49,286 nt of DNA from Candidatus Nanosyncoccus sp. (GCA_045629825.1 JAZQRY010000057.1:1-49286); one strand, 5' to 3'; counted from the first letter of the stretch, positions 9,687 to 20,491 are shown. A program made the numbers and translations. Notes: generated by a model not told the origin, from the sequence alone.

Positions 9687-11795
9687 CTAATTTTTCTTTC
9701 CGTCGATAAACTCTTTAATCCTTTGCACTTCATCCCTTAGAGCTGCGGCTTTTTCGAATTCCAAATTCGCCGCCGCTAGCTGCATTTCAGACGATAGTTG
9801 CTTAATGAGTCCAGGTAGCTCATCTTTCGGAATTCGCCGTACATCTAATTTATTCTCCTTTTCTTTCTCCGGGATTATTGCACGTAGTCCTGCCGAAATC
9901 TCCTTTTGTACTGAATGTGGTGTAATATTATGCTTAGCATTATACTCTTTCTGAATCTCTCGCCGCCGATTAGTCTCCGAGATTGCCTTTTCCATACTCT
10001 CAGTAATATAGTTCGCGTACATTATCACTTTGCCTTCTTCGTGCCGCGCTGCCCGCCCAATCGTCTGAATCAGTGCCGACTCTGAGCGCAGGAACCCTTC
10101 CTTATCAGCATCCAGTATCGCCACTAGTGATACTTCAGGTAGATCCAATCCCTCACGTAGTAAGTTAATCCCGACCAGCACATCGTATACTCCAGCCCGT
10201 AAATCGCGCAATATATCACCCCGCTCCAGTGTATCGATATCGGAATGAATATACGCGGTCTTTACGCCCCGCTCCTTCAAGTGATCAGTCAAATCTTCCG
10301 CCATCCGCTTAGTCAGAGCTGTAATCAAAGTCCGCTGACCCTTAGCGATCCTGCGGTCAATCTCTTCCATGAGATCATCGATCTGACCATCTGACGAGCG
10401 TACTTCTATCTCGGGGTCCAAGAGTCCTGTCGGGCGAATCACCTGCTCGGCAGGCTCCGGTGATACTTCTAGCTCATATTCTCCCGGCGTCGCCGATACG
10501 TAAATTGCTTGATTGATTCTATTTTGAAATTCTCCATACGTTAGCGGGCGGTTGTCTAATGCTGATGGCAAACGGAATCCATAATCTACCAGTGCTAGCT
10601 TCCTAGCATGGTCGCCATTATACATCCCCCTTACTTGCGGCAAAGTCATATGCGACTCATCCACTATTAGCAAGAAATCATCTGGGAAGAAATCAATTAG
10701 CGTACTAGGCGGCTGACCAGGTCTCCGACCATCCAGGTGCCGAGAATAATTCTCGATCCCCTTCACGAATCCCGTTTCCTTCAACATTTCCAAATCATAT
10801 TTTGTCCGCTGCGATAGCCTTTGCGCCTCCAAATATTTCTGATGTTTCTCGAAATATTTCAGTCTCTCTTCATATTCCGCCCGAATAGTCACTAGTGCCT
10901 TTTCCAACTGATCCATCGGCGTCGCATAATGCGTATTTGGGAAAATGTGAATATGATCTGGCTTTTCCCGCACTTCAAATGTCAACGGATCGACGATTTT
11001 TACTTCTTCCAAAGTATCAAATCCAAATTCAAACCGATAAGCATATTCCCCATTCGCCGGATAAAGATCAATCGTATCCCCCATCACTCTGAAATTCCCC
11101 CGCTCGAACGCCAAATCATTACGATGATATTGCATTCCGACTAATCTACGAATAAAATCTGTTTGGCTAAGCGCATAGAAGGCGTCTTTCTCGGGGCTCG
11201 TCCAGCCAGCCCGTCGCCACGGGTGGCTGGCGCTACTCCTCGCCTTGCCAGGCTCCGGATCCCCGTCGAAAGAGCCTTCATATGCGCCAATAAACCAGCC
11301 TTTTTCGTCGCGCCAAATCGGTAACGACATCTCGGTATAATTCTCGGGTGAACCGATACCATAAATGCACGAGACAGATGACACTACAATCGTATCTCGC
11401 CGCGTGAGTAGTGCTTCCGTAGCGCCATGTCGGAGCCGATCAATTTCATCATTAATTGCCGAATCCTTCTCGATATAAGTATCGGTAGATGCGATATATG
11501 CTTCTGGCTGGTAATAATCAAAATATGATACAAAATAATGCACTTCATTCTCTGGAAAAAATTCCCGAAATTCTGCATATAGTTGCGCTGCTAAAGTTTT
11601 ATTATGCGCTAGAATCAAAGTCGGACGCTGGGTTTGCTCGATGATGTTTGCCATCGTGAAAGTCTTGCCCGATCCTGTCACGCCGAGCAGGGTCTGCTCA
11701 TGCACACCAGAATTCACACCATCAACCAGCTGCCGAATCGCGCCCGGCTGATCCCCTGTTGGTTGATACTTTGACACTAATTTAAACTTCGCCAT
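9687..11795 (-). CDS. uvrB: Excinuclease ABC subunit B
   Basis: [44 protein letters not shown]. Start moved to MAKFKL at 11795 (TGATATAAT 7 nt upstream). Carries a ~39-aa insertion. Confidence 0.97.
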   Translation of the reverse strand: MAKFKLVSKYQPTGDQPGAIRQLVDGVNSGVHEQTLLGVTGSGKTFTMANIIEQTQRPTLILAHNKTLAAQLYAEFREFFPENEVHYFVSYFDYYQPEAYIASTDTYIEKDSAINDEIDRLRHGATEALLTRRDTIVVSSVSCIYGIGSPENYTEMSLPIWRDEKGWFIGAYEGSFDGDPEPGKARSSASHPWRRAGWTSPEKDAFYALSQTDFIRRLVGMQYHRNDLAFERGNFRVMGDTIDLYPANGEYAYRFEFGFDTLEEVKIVDPLTFEVREKPDHIHIFPNTHYATPMDQLEKALVTIRAEYEERLKYFEKHQKYLEAQRLSQRTKYDLEMLKETGFVKGIENYSRHLDGRRPGQPPSTLIDFFPDDFLLIVDESHMTLPQVRGMYNGDHARKLALVDYGFRLPSALDNRPLTYGEFQNRINQAIYVSATPGEYELEVSPEPAEQVIRPTGLLDPEIEVRSSDGQIDDLMEEIDRRIAKGQRTLITALTKRMAEDLTDHLKERGVKTAYIHSDIDTLERGDILRDLRAGVYDVLVGINLLREGLDLPEVSLVAILDADKEGFLRSESALIQTIGRAARHEEGKVIMYANYITESMEKAISETNRRREIQKEYNAKHNITPHSVQKEISAGLRAIIPEKEKENKLDVRRIPKDELPGLIKQLSSEMQLAAANLEFEKAAALRDEVQRIKEFIDGKKN
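11171..11287. repeat. GC-rich imperfect palindrome inserted in frame in uvrB
   Basis: Terminal arms GCGCATAGAAGGCGTCTTTCTCGGGG / CCCCGTCGAAAGAGCCTTCATATGCGC; 117 bp; ~67% GC by count. Confidence 0.8.
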
Positions 11796-11863
11796 ATCTA
11801 CTATTATATCACTTTGAATGATCTTTTCCGCCCATACTCTCAAACCTATGCTATAATAAGCTT

Positions 11864-12715
11864 ATGCATAAGCTCAAACACGCGATTTTCGTCATCCTAT
11901 TCATCGCTATTACGATAGGTATGGGTGCCAGCGTGTTTTTCTCTATCCAGGGTGACAAGGAAGCCGACTATGTAGTTGAAACCAACGTTCCCTTTGCGCC
12001 ATTTGAATTTTATGAAAACCGTCAGATTGTTGGCGTCGATGTAGATATCGTCAACAAAGTTGCCGACAAGATGAATAAAACCATCCGTATTGCCAACGTA
12101 GAATTTGACGTTATTATCGACAACGTTGAATCCGGCAAAATTGCCGATGCTGGCGCCGCTGGGCTGACGATTACTCCCGCCCGCGAAGCAAAAGTCAATT
12201 TCACCATCCCCTACTACACTTCGGTGCAGTACGTAATTTTTAACCGTAATTACCCACCGTCTCTCCGTGACGACCATATCGTATGGGAAGCTCTCGCTGG
12301 CTACACTCTTGGTTCACAGATTGGTAGCACTGGGTATCTATTTGTAGACGATGAGATCGAAAACGGTGTCCTAGCTGATACAAATACTACTATCAAAGGC
12401 ATTGACTCTCACCAGCTTGCCGCCGACGCCATCAACTCTCATATCGTGGATTTTGCCATTGCTGATGAGTTGGTAGCAAAATTCCTAGTCGAAAAGAATC
12501 CTGATTTAGACGCCTTGCCACTCTACTACTCTGGTCCTACCCGCGAAGAAGATTATCCCGTCGAAGAGTCCTACGCTATAGCTGTTAATAAAGATCGCCC
12601 CGAGCTACTTACTGCCTTCAACGAAGTCCTTGCCGATATGCTGGTCGAAGATGAATTCGGTCAGACCGAGATCGATAAATTAGTATTAAAATATATGGGG
12701 TTAGAAAATGAATGA
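11864..12715 (+). CDS. Polar amino-acid ABC transporter substrate-binding protein
   Basis: PFAPFEF, GVDVDI, TITPAR, FTIPYY (SBP family 3). Confidence 0.9.
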   Translation: MHKLKHAIFVILFIAITIGMGASVFFSIQGDKEADYVVETNVPFAPFEFYENRQIVGVDVDIVNKVADKMNKTIRIANVEFDVIIDNVESGKIADAGAAGLTITPAREAKVNFTIPYYTSVQYVIFNRNYPPSLRDDHIVWEALAGYTLGSQIGSTGYLFVDDEIENGVLADTNTTIKGIDSHQLAADAINSHIVDFAIADELVAKFLVEKNPDLDALPLYYSGPTREEDYPVEESYAIAVNKDRPELLTAFNEVLADMLVEDEFGQTEIDKLVLKYMGLENE

Positions 12716-13412
12716 TTTTTTCGCCAAAATAGCTGAATTATTTAGTACGCCAGCGTATATCGATGCGCTCCTGCACGGCTTCCTACTTACTCTTCAAATA
12801 TCCTACTTTGCTATTCTACTAGGCATTCTGCTTGGTACTATCATTGCTCTAATTGATACAGCCAAGCCTTCAAAATGGCTCGCGATTCCTAAATTTATCT
12901 GTAAAATATATACTGCCATCATTCGCGGCACCCCGATGGCTTTGCAGCTCTTTATTATGTTCTTTGTGATTTTTGCTGTTAAGGGCTTCCCTAGCATCAT
13001 TACGGCCATTATCGCCTTTGGACTTAATTCTGCCGCCTATACCGCTGAAGTTATCCGTGGAGGCATCCTTTCCGTAGACAATGGGCAAATCGAAGCTGGT
13101 ATGGCTCTAGGGCTTAAGCAAAGCACTATTTTCTTCAAAATCATCGTCCCACAAGCCATTAAAAACATCATTCCCGCTCTTGGTAACGAAATTATCACCG
13201 TGATCAAAGAGACGGCTATCGTCAGCATGGTCGGCATGTACGACCTTAACATGGCCGCCAAAGATATCGGTTCCGGCCAAAACATGGCTAGCTACATCGT
13301 ACCGATGTTTACAGCCGCCCTATTCTATCTCGCTATTATCTATCTCATCAGTTTCATTGTCGGGCGTATCGAAAAATCACTTAGAAAAAGCGACTTAAGA
13401 GCGGAGCAATAA
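12708..13412 (+). CDS. Amino-acid ABC transporter permease
   Basis: RGTPMALQ, SAAYTAEVIRGGI, GQIEAG EAA loop. Confidence 0.92.
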   Translation: MNDFFAKIAELFSTPAYIDALLHGFLLTLQISYFAILLGILLGTIIALIDTAKPSKWLAIPKFICKIYTAIIRGTPMALQLFIMFFVIFAVKGFPSIITAIIAFGLNSAAYTAEVIRGGILSVDNGQIEAGMALGLKQSTIFFKIIVPQAIKNIIPALGNEIITVIKETAIVSMVGMYDLNMAAKDIGSGQNMASYIVPMFTAALFYLAIIYLISFIVGRIEKSLRKSDLRAEQ

Positions 13413-14144
13413 ATGGAAAATACCACAGACCTCATCGTCAAAAACTTACACAAAGCCTTTGGCTCTAACAAAGTTATCAATGGCATTAATTTCGAACTCA
13501 CTGAAGGTGAGCGCGTAGTCGTACTCGGCCCATCTGGCTCCGGCAAATCCACCTTTCTCCGCTGTATCAACTGGCTCGAACAGCCCACTTCTGGCGAAAT
13601 TTATTTCAATGGTGAGCTAGTTACTGCTAAAAACATCCGTCGGGTTCGGCGCAATGTCGGTATGGTCTTTCAACATTTTAATCTAATTTCAAATCTTACC
13701 GTAATGGACAACTTGATAATGGCCCCCTTAAAGCTCAAAATCATGAAAAAAGACGCTGCCATCAAGCAAGCTAAGCGTCTACTTCGACATATCGGACTAT
13801 CTAGTAAGGCTAATTCTTATCCCGCATCACTCTCTGGCGGCCAAAAGCAGCGCGTAGCTATCGTCCGAGCGATGATGCTCTCTCCGGAAGTATTACTCTT
13901 TGACGAGCCTACATCTGCCCTCGATCCAGAATCGATCGGCGATGTACTTTCGCTTATTCGCGAACTTGCTGACCGCGGCATGACTATCATGATTGTTACG
14001 CACGAAATGAGTTTCGCTAAAGAAATTGCTACTCGCATTGTGTTTGTCGACAAAGGTAAAATCATCGAAGAAGGCACCCCTGAAGAATTCTTTACCCATC
14101 CCAAGACGCCTCGTGTTCGTGAATTCCTAGATAAAGTCTTATAA
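13413..14144 (+). CDS. Amino-acid ABC transporter ATP-binding protein (GlnQ-like)
   Basis: GPSGSGKST, LSGGQKQR, LLFDEPTSALDP, VTHEM. Confidence 0.95.
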   Translation: MENTTDLIVKNLHKAFGSNKVINGINFELTEGERVVVLGPSGSGKSTFLRCINWLEQPTSGEIYFNGELVTAKNIRRVRRNVGMVFQHFNLISNLTVMDNLIMAPLKLKIMKKDAAIKQAKRLLRHIGLSSKANSYPASLSGGQKQRVAIVRAMMLSPEVLLFDEPTSALDPESIGDVLSLIRELADRGMTIMIVTHEMSFAKEIATRIVFVDKGKIIEEGTPEEFFTHPKTPRVREFLDKVL

Positions 14145-14169
14145 ATAATATAAGTATAAGACGAGCTTA

Positions 14170-14616
14170 TTAGCTAACGCTTACGATCTTTACTTTTTTG
14201 CCGTTGAATTCAAATTCTTCCCCCGCTTTGCGCCCCATCAATTCCTTACCGATGGGCGAAGCGTCGGAGATTTTACCTTCCAATGGATTAGCTTCGGTCG
14301 GACCAACAACCGTATATTCCACCTTCTTTCGCCCCATTTCTAGCGCCACGGTCGCCCCGAGCACTACTTTGCTCTTCTTCCCACCTCGAATTATCTTGGC
14401 GTTCTTCAAAATACCTTGTAACTCCTGGATGCGACTCTCGGCCATTTTTTGCTCATTGCGTGCCGAGCTGTATTCTTCGTTTTCTGATAAATCACCAAAT
14501 GCTCTAGCTGTCGCGATTTTCTCTGCAATCACTGGGCGATTTTTAATCAAATCGTCAAGTTCCTTCTCTAATTCTTTCTTACCTTCGGCCGTTAAACTAA
14601 TATTCTTCTTAATCAT
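14170..14616 (-). CDS. greA: Transcription elongation factor GreA
   Basis: GDLSENEEY, ISDASPIG. Confidence 0.95.
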   Translation of the reverse strand: MIKKNISLTAEGKKELEKELDDLIKNRPVIAEKIATARAFGDLSENEEYSSARNEQKMAESRIQELQGILKNAKIIRGGKKSKVVLGATVALEMGRKKVEYTVVGPTEANPLEGKISDASPIGKELMGRKAGEEFEFNGKKVKIVSVS

Positions 14617-14676
14617 TTTATAACTCCCACTGTAGTCTTTTTAATAGTCTTAGATTAGTTTATCAAATATTTCTGA

Positions 14677-15891
14677 CTAGTCAAGAGCCTTTACAATCTT
14701 AGTCTCGCCTGTGGCGCGCTCGGTTAGCTCAAACCCGCCCTCGGCTAGCGATCTGTCAGATATTACAATGCGATAAGGAATACCCATCAATTCCGAATCC
14801 GCCATCTTTTCGCCCACTCGCGCGTCGCGATCATCATATAATATCTCGTCTGAGTGCTCGGCGTAGAGTTCTTCCGCACGTTGAATTCCGGCTTCGCCTA
14901 TACCTACGAGATAATATTTATATGGCGACACTGCTTCCGGCCATACTAAGCCTTTAGGATCAGCGAATTTCTCTGCGATTACTCCCATCAGTCTCGAAAT
15001 ACCAATTCCATAGCATCCCATGCAAACAGTCTTTTGATTGTTCTCTTCATCTACATACTTAAGTCCCAGTGGCTCTGAATATTTCACCTTGAGTTTAAAG
15101 ATATTCCCGACTTCTGCTGCGGTCGCTTCTGTCAGCTCGTCGCGCGTCACACCTAGGTCAGCCAAAGTCTCGTCGTTTAGTACTTCTTTATTAATCGCAA
15201 TTTTCTTTTCTTTATTATAATAAATTGTGTCTTCCCCTACTGATAGTAGCGTCTGAAATTCATGCGAATATTTCGAGAAAATTCCGCCAGAAGCAAATGT
15301 TTCCATTGTGCAGTCACCCAGGCTCAATCGTTCAAAAATCTTCGCATAAGCCTGCTCTACCTTTGCATAAAACTCATCCAGATCTGCCTCGTCAGTATGA
15401 AAGCTATAAAGATCCTTCATTAAGAATTCCCGCCCACGCAAAATCCCCGACTTAGCCCGAAGCTCATTTCTAAATTTATTCTGGAATTGATAGACATATA
15501 GTGGCAAATCTTTGTAGCTTGATATATAGGATTTCATCAAGTTCGTAATTGGCTCTTCATGCGTCGGCGCGAGCCCCAACTCTCCCCCGCTAGCTAGCTC
15601 TGTCTTAAACCATACATCTACTTCCTGATCGCTAAAACGTCCAGTCTTCTCCCATGGCTCTGGATTCTGCAAGGCTGTCAGCAGTAGCTCCTCGCAACCA
15701 ATCCGATTGAGTTCTTCCCTTACGATATTTTTGATATTTTCAATCACGCGAAGCCCTAGCGGTAAGTAATCATATACTCCAGCCATCTCCTTATGTATAT
15801 AACCAGCCCTTACTAGCAAAGCGCCATTTTGCGCCATTTCGTCCTTGGGAGCCTCCCGTAAAGTTTTGACAAAAGTTTTCGATAATCTCAT
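14677..15891 (-). CDS. proS: Prolyl-tRNA synthetase (short form, no editing insertion)
   Basis: MRLSK start at 15891; LAPTHEE, KFRNELR, GREFLMKDLYSF, EVGNIFKL, MGCYGIGISR. The ORF-track extension to 16137 overlaps the upstream gene. Confidence 0.93.
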   Translation of the reverse strand: MRLSKTFVKTLREAPKDEMAQNGALLVRAGYIHKEMAGVYDYLPLGLRVIENIKNIVREELNRIGCEELLLTALQNPEPWEKTGRFSDQEVDVWFKTELASGGELGLAPTHEEPITNLMKSYISSYKDLPLYVYQFQNKFRNELRAKSGILRGREFLMKDLYSFHTDEADLDEFYAKVEQAYAKIFERLSLGDCTMETFASGGIFSKYSHEFQTLLSVGEDTIYYNKEKKIAINKEVLNDETLADLGVTRDELTEATAAEVGNIFKLKVKYSEPLGLKYVDEENNQKTVCMGCYGIGISRLMGVIAEKFADPKGLVWPEAVSPYKYYLVGIGEAGIQRAEELYAEHSDEILYDDRDARVGEKMADSELMGIPYRIVISDRSLAEGGFELTERATGETKIVKALD

Positions 15892-16619
15892 GCAAACATT
15901 ATAGCACAAAAAGCTACGAAGTTCTTGATTACGTGCAGTATAATACCAGAGTAAATCGTGCCAGTCACTTCGCGCAAGGCGCACAGCACGACCGACAATG
16001 CGAACACATTCACTCCCACGTTCCATTGACCGTGGACGATTCCAAAAAGAATCGACACTAGAAGAATCGAAATCGCCATCGACCAGCGGTCCGATAATTT
16101 TGCCAGTAAAGTACTTCGCATTTTTCCATATAGCCATCCCCGAAAGATGATTTCTTCAACCACCGGTGCCACTACTACAAGTATCACGAATGCAAGCATC
16201 CTGTCTGTCCCGTTAAGGTATAAATTAAAGCCAATTTCTTGCGCTTGTCCCGCATCAAACCATGTAAATAGGCTAAATACCCACGTTAGTCCTGCCGCCA
16301 GCAAAAAGTACACGACAAATCCTACTGGCGCCAGTCCGATATCGGTCCAGGTAGGCATCCCTTTGAGTCCTAGCTCTTCCCGGTCGGTCTTTAAGAATTT
16401 ATTATTATATTTTTGACCCAAAAGATGCATTAGTACAATCACGATTAGGATCGCTAATAAATACGATACTACCGAATAAAGCGCCGCTCCCGTCGTCTGA
16501 GTCAAGAATTCCACGCCCCAAATCATCGCCATCGCATGCCCCACGACAAATTGTGAACTAATCAAAGCCGACCACACTAGGGTGAGCAAGAATAATACTC
16601 GAAGTAGCATCTTCTTCAC
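15888..16619 (-). CDS. CPBP family intramembrane glutamic endopeptidase (Abi/CAAX-protease-like)
   Basis: PVVEEIIFRG, FGIVH, HVIKN motifs; multiple TMs. Confidence 0.9.
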   Translation of the reverse strand: MKKMLLRVLFLLTLVWSALISSQFVVGHAMAMIWGVEFLTQTTGAALYSVVSYLLAILIVIVLMHLLGQKYNNKFLKTDREELGLKGMPTWTDIGLAPVGFVVYFLLAAGLTWVFSLFTWFDAGQAQEIGFNLYLNGTDRMLAFVILVVVAPVVEEIIFRGWLYGKMRSTLLAKLSDRWSMAISILLVSILFGIVHGQWNVGVNVFALSVVLCALREVTGTIYSGIILHVIKNFVAFCAIMFA

Positions 16620-17930
16620 CTAGGTGGCCATCCTTACGATATCTAAAATTGTCACGACGAAGATAAGAGCTAGTAGTACCAGCATTGCCCGTGAGACGAT
16701 CTTTTCTTCCGTTTCTTTCTTTAATTCCTTTTTCCGTATTTTATAGATCGCAATTAATAGCCACCTTCCACCGTCTAATGCTGGAATCGGTAGCACATTC
16801 ATGCATGCCAGCGACACAGAAATCAATGCTGTCAGAAAAGCTAGATTAGCTGGCCCTGCCGCCGTAAACGCCGGGAATAATACCCCAATAATCCCTACCG
16901 GCCCTGATACTGAATCTCTGACTTCCGTCAACGCTTCTTGTCCGCTCTCACGCACTTCTACATTAGGACTAAATAATCGCGCCACCCCAGATACCAAATT
17001 CCCAATCATGATACCGACACCCTTGAAAGTCTCACCAGTAAGTTGCAGAGTTAAGCCTACTCCCACAATCGGCGCCGACCAGGTCGAACGCGTAATTGCC
17101 TGCGAAGAGCTCATCGCGACGCCAAGCAAATACTCTGAATCCGACGAATTTAATTCTGCTGAGATATTGATTATTTCAGCACCCTCGGAACAATCGCACC
17201 CGTCCGCGCGACAGGTTTCCTGTTTGGCACATTCTTCGCTAGCTCCACGCAGAATTCTATAATACACCTCTTCTCCAGCATGAGCTTGGTTGTATTCATT
17301 TATTTGGCTAGCATAGTTCACCGCATTGCCACCTGCATCCAATATGTAATCCCCTTCCATCAGTCCAGCTTTTTCAGCTGGCGAGCCTTCGGCTACTTTA
17401 GTAATTTGCACCGGCGCCGCTTCCACGCGTGCATCACTTTGTATCGTGAATTGATTTTCAAGAAACTCTGGCATTCCCACCCAAGCCAGAATCGTAAAAA
17501 TCACGAAAGCAATTAGCCAGTTCATCGTTACGCCGGCAAACAGAATTTTAGTCTTAGACCAGAAGCTTGAATTGCCAAAAGTTCCTTTGCGTGAATCATT
17601 AGCCGACTCTCCATCCATCTGGCAGAATCCCCCAATCGGTAGCCAGTTTAAGCTGAAAATCATTCCTTTTTGGGCTAACTCTTTGTCCTTGCCGTCCGAA
17701 TAGACCACTTTGGTCATGCTTTCATCCTTCCAATCCTTGCGTGGCAACTTTCTCCATTTGCCAGTTTTCGGATCCTTAATCCAAGCGATCGCTCGTGGCG
17801 GGAACCCTATTCCGAATTCCAATACATTCACACCGTTTCTTCTAGCTGCTACAAAATGCCCGAATTCATGCGCTGTCACCAAAAACATTAGTACGATTAG
17901 TCCGACAATGATGCCCAAGAATATATCCAT
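16620..17930 (-). CDS. rseP: Site-2 protease RseP (M50) with PDZ domain
   Basis: HEFGH, SPAEKAGL PDZ, NVLPIPALDGG. Confidence 0.92.
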   Translation of the reverse strand: MDIFLGIIVGLIVLMFLVTAHEFGHFVAARRNGVNVLEFGIGFPPRAIAWIKDPKTGKWRKLPRKDWKDESMTKVVYSDGKDKELAQKGMIFSLNWLPIGGFCQMDGESANDSRKGTFGNSSFWSKTKILFAGVTMNWLIAFVIFTILAWVGMPEFLENQFTIQSDARVEAAPVQITKVAEGSPAEKAGLMEGDYILDAGGNAVNYASQINEYNQAHAGEEVYYRILRGASEECAKQETCRADGCDCSEGAEIINISAELNSSDSEYLLGVAMSSSQAITRSTWSAPIVGVGLTLQLTGETFKGVGIMIGNLVSGVARLFSPNVEVRESGQEALTEVRDSVSGPVGIIGVLFPAFTAAGPANLAFLTALISVSLACMNVLPIPALDGGRWLLIAIYKIRKKELKKETEEKIVSRAMLVLLALIFVVTILDIVRMAT

Positions 17931-17983
17931 AACACGATTATATCACACTGAATTAAATTTAACCTTAAGTTCGTCGCTGACGT

Positions 17984-18649
17984 TTATTTGCCGAACCGAC
18001 GCTCGCGACTATCGTATTCTTCGACGATTCCCTTAACATCCTGAGCATTTAAATCTGGAAAGTACTTCTTCAGGAACAAAAACTCTGCATAAGAAGCGCG
18101 CCACAACATAAATCCAGAAATCCTCTCCTCTCCAGATGTACGTACTACCATGTCAAGATCTGGCACCTCCGGATGATACAAATGCTTGCGAATAGTTTCC
18201 GGCGTAATCTTGCCTTCTTCGGCCGCTACTGTAGCTGCATGCGCAATCTCTTGTGCGCCACCATAATTGAAACAAAGCGATACCGTGATTCCGTCGCAAT
18301 CGGCAGTCATTTTCTCTGCTTTTTCCATAATACCCACCATTTTAGGTTTCAATCTATCTTTGCCACCCAGAAAAATTAGCTTACCGTTCTTGGCTTTTAA
18401 TTCTTCCGCGTAATCCATCAGCTGATCTTCGAATAGCTTCATTAAGTACGATACTTCCCTTGCGCTTCTTCCCCAGTTTTCCACGCTGAAGATATAGAAA
18501 GTAATATAAGGAATACCTATCTCGATCGCCGCGTCAATGATTTTTTTTACGGTATTTAATCCCCTGCGATGACCTTCAAAAGTAGGTAAGCCCCTTTCTC
18601 TAGCCCAACGTCGATTACCGTCTGCAATAATTCCTAAATGTTCTATCAT
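17984..18649 (-). CDS. uppS: Undecaprenyl diphosphate synthase
   Basis: HLGIIADGNRRWA, FSVENW, RTSGEERISGF, RRFG. Confidence 0.96.
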   Translation of the reverse strand: MIEHLGIIADGNRRWARERGLPTFEGHRRGLNTVKKIIDAAIEIGIPYITFYIFSVENWGRSAREVSYLMKLFEDQLMDYAEELKAKNGKLIFLGGKDRLKPKMVGIMEKAEKMTADCDGITVSLCFNYGGAQEIAHAATVAAEEGKITPETIRKHLYHPEVPDLDMVVRTSGEERISGFMLWRASYAEFLFLKKYFPDLNAQDVKGIVEEYDSRERRFGK

Positions 18650-19191
18650 ATTTTCATTATTTCTTCTGATTTGTTTTTAAATTCAGTTTCAAGTTTGTCG
18701 CTGAATTCTTTGGTTAATTCGTCAATTTCTTTCTCGGCACGTTTTTTGACGTCTTCGCTCATTTCCTCGGCATTCTTGATTGCCTTACGAGCATCATCGC
18801 GCACATTGCGTAGTGCTACCTTGGCTTCTTCCACTTTACTCGAAGCCTGTTTGACAATCTCCTTGCGACGCTCCTCGGTCAGCGGTGGAATCGGCACGCG
18901 GATTACTCGTCCGTCATCAGCTGGATTAAGTCCTAACGATTGGTCGTTACGGATAGTTTCGCAGATCGCCTTAATATTGGCTGGATCAAATGGCGTAATG
19001 ACGAGCAACGTAGCATCTGCCGCTGTTACATTCGCGACCTGATTTAGTGGCATAAATTGCCCATATACTTCTACTTTAACACCAGCTAACATGTCCGGGT
19101 GTGCTCGCCCGGTCCTAAGCTTCTTCATTTCATTCTCGAACCGCTCCACAGCATTCTGCATTTTCTTGCGGTCCTCATTGGTATCAAACAT
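18646..19191 (-). CDS. frr: Ribosome recycling factor
   Basis: LRTGRA, PPLTEERR, ALRNVR. Confidence 0.96.
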   Translation of the reverse strand: MFDTNEDRKKMQNAVERFENEMKKLRTGRAHPDMLAGVKVEVYGQFMPLNQVANVTAADATLLVITPFDPANIKAICETIRNDQSLGLNPADDGRVIRVPIPPLTEERRKEIVKQASSKVEEAKVALRNVRDDARKAIKNAEEMSEDVKKRAEKEIDELTKEFSDKLETEFKNKSEEIMKI

Positions 19192-19245
19192 AATGGCTCC
19201 TTATATTATGTCTTTTCATTATAACATACATTGTCTCTGCACCAC

Positions 19246-19272
19246 AAAAAATGGCTCAATGAGAGCCATTTT
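19246..19272 (-). terminator. Terminator after the L31 gene
   Basis: AAAATGGCTC/GAGCCATTTT stem plus T tract. Confidence 0.7.
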
Positions 19273-19283
19273 GTGAAAAATCG

Positions 19284-19640
19284 CTATTTTTCTGCCTTGT
19301 CAGCTTTCTTTTTCTCGTCAGCGTGAGCTTTCTTCTCTGCTTCCCGAGCAGCCTTCTTGGCCTTATTTTCGAGCGCTTCGCGCAACTTCTTAGCCTTTTC
19401 GGCACGAGCCTTAAAGCGATCAACCCGACCTTCGGTATCGATAATCTTCTCTTCACCAGTAAAGAATGGGTGACTAGCTGAAGAAATCTGCACCTTTACT
19501 AGCGGATATTCGTTACCATCCTCCCACTTGATGGTCTCTTCGCTCTCTGCGGTAGACTTCGTCAAAAACGAAAAACCAGCAGCCTCATCCGAAAAAACGA
19601 CATAGCGATAATTTTTGGGGTGTAATTCTTGTTTACTCAT
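19284..19640 (-). CDS. rpmE2: 50S ribosomal protein L31 type B with Lys/Ala-rich tail
   Basis: [30 protein letters not shown]; no Zn-binding Cys; start taken at MSKQ (19640). Confidence 0.93.
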   Translation of the reverse strand: MSKQELHPKNYRYVVFSDEAAGFSFLTKSTAESEETIKWEDGNEYPLVKVQISSASHPFFTGEEKIIDTEGRVDRFKARAEKAKKLREALENKAKKAAREAEKKAHADEKKKADKAEK

Positions 19641-19804
19641 AATTCTAGCCATTATATCAGATTAATCGCCAAATGTAAAGATGTTGCTATTTGGTGTAAT
19701 CTGTGCTATAATATCACCATATATTAATTTAATGAATCAGTTCTCGGGAGGTTTCCTGGCCTTTAAGGCTTATACTACCTGGGGACGAAGGGAAAGGAAA
19801 TCGT

Positions 19805-20491
19805 ATGGCTGTGAAAGTCGATATGAAGGCTCTCTTTGAGAGCGGTGCTCATTTCGGGCACAAAACTAGCCGTTGGCACCCTAAGATGGCGCCCTATATC
19901 CATAGCAAGCGTGACGGCGCGCATATTATTAACCTAGAAAAGACCGTCGAAGCATTGAATGAAGCTTTGCCAAAGGTCACCGAAATCGCCAAGAGTGGCA
20001 AGAATATTCTCTTTGTCGGCACCAAGAAGCAGATGAAGGACATCGTCAAGGAATCCGCTGAATCAGTTGAGATGCCTTATGTCACTGTACGCTGGGTCGG
20101 CGGTACTCTTACTAATGTCGAAACTATTAATCGCCAAATCAAAAAGCTTAAAGATCTAGAGCGTCGCATGAATTCTGGTGAGCTTGAGAATCGTTACTCT
20201 AAGCTCGAAGTTCAGAGATTCCAGGAAGAAATCGATCTCTTAAATGAGCGCTATGGCGGCATCAAAGAGATGACTGAGCAGCCGGCCGCTATCCTAGTGA
20301 TAGACGCTAACGAAGAGAAGAACGCTATCAAGGAAGCCAAGGGGCTCAATATTCCAGTCTTTGCCTTTGTCGATTCCAACGTCGATCCTACCGGCATTGA
20401 TTATGTCGTCCCTATGAATGATGATTCCATCAAAGCTACCAAATTAGTATTAGACTATTTCGTCGAAGCCATTAAAGAAGGTAAAAAATAA
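19805..20491 (+). CDS. rpsB: 30S ribosomal protein S2
   Basis: GAHFGH, FVGTK, RWVGGTLTN, PMNDD. Confidence 0.98.
   Translation: MAVKVDMKALFESGAHFGHKTSRWHPKMAPYIHSKRDGAHIINLEKTVEALNEALPKVTEIAKSGKNILFVGTKKQMKDIVKESAESVEMPYVTVRWVGGTLTNVETINRQIKKLKDLERRMNSGELENRYSKLEVQRFQEEIDLLNERYGGIKEMTEQPAAILVIDANEEKNAIKEAKGLNIPVFAFVDSNVDPTGIDYVVPMNDDSIKATKLVLDYFVEAIKEGKK

Noticed and set aside
11796-11843. N-terminal extension of UvrB (also those of eno, 45114 and 49000 ORFs)
   Set aside because: The extensions run through promoter motifs; downstream ATGs match family starts or the leaderless pattern
15892-16137. 82-aa N-terminal extension of ProRS in the ORF track
   Set aside because: Overlaps the CPBP gene; the conserved start MRLSK at 15891 has a -10 box just upstream
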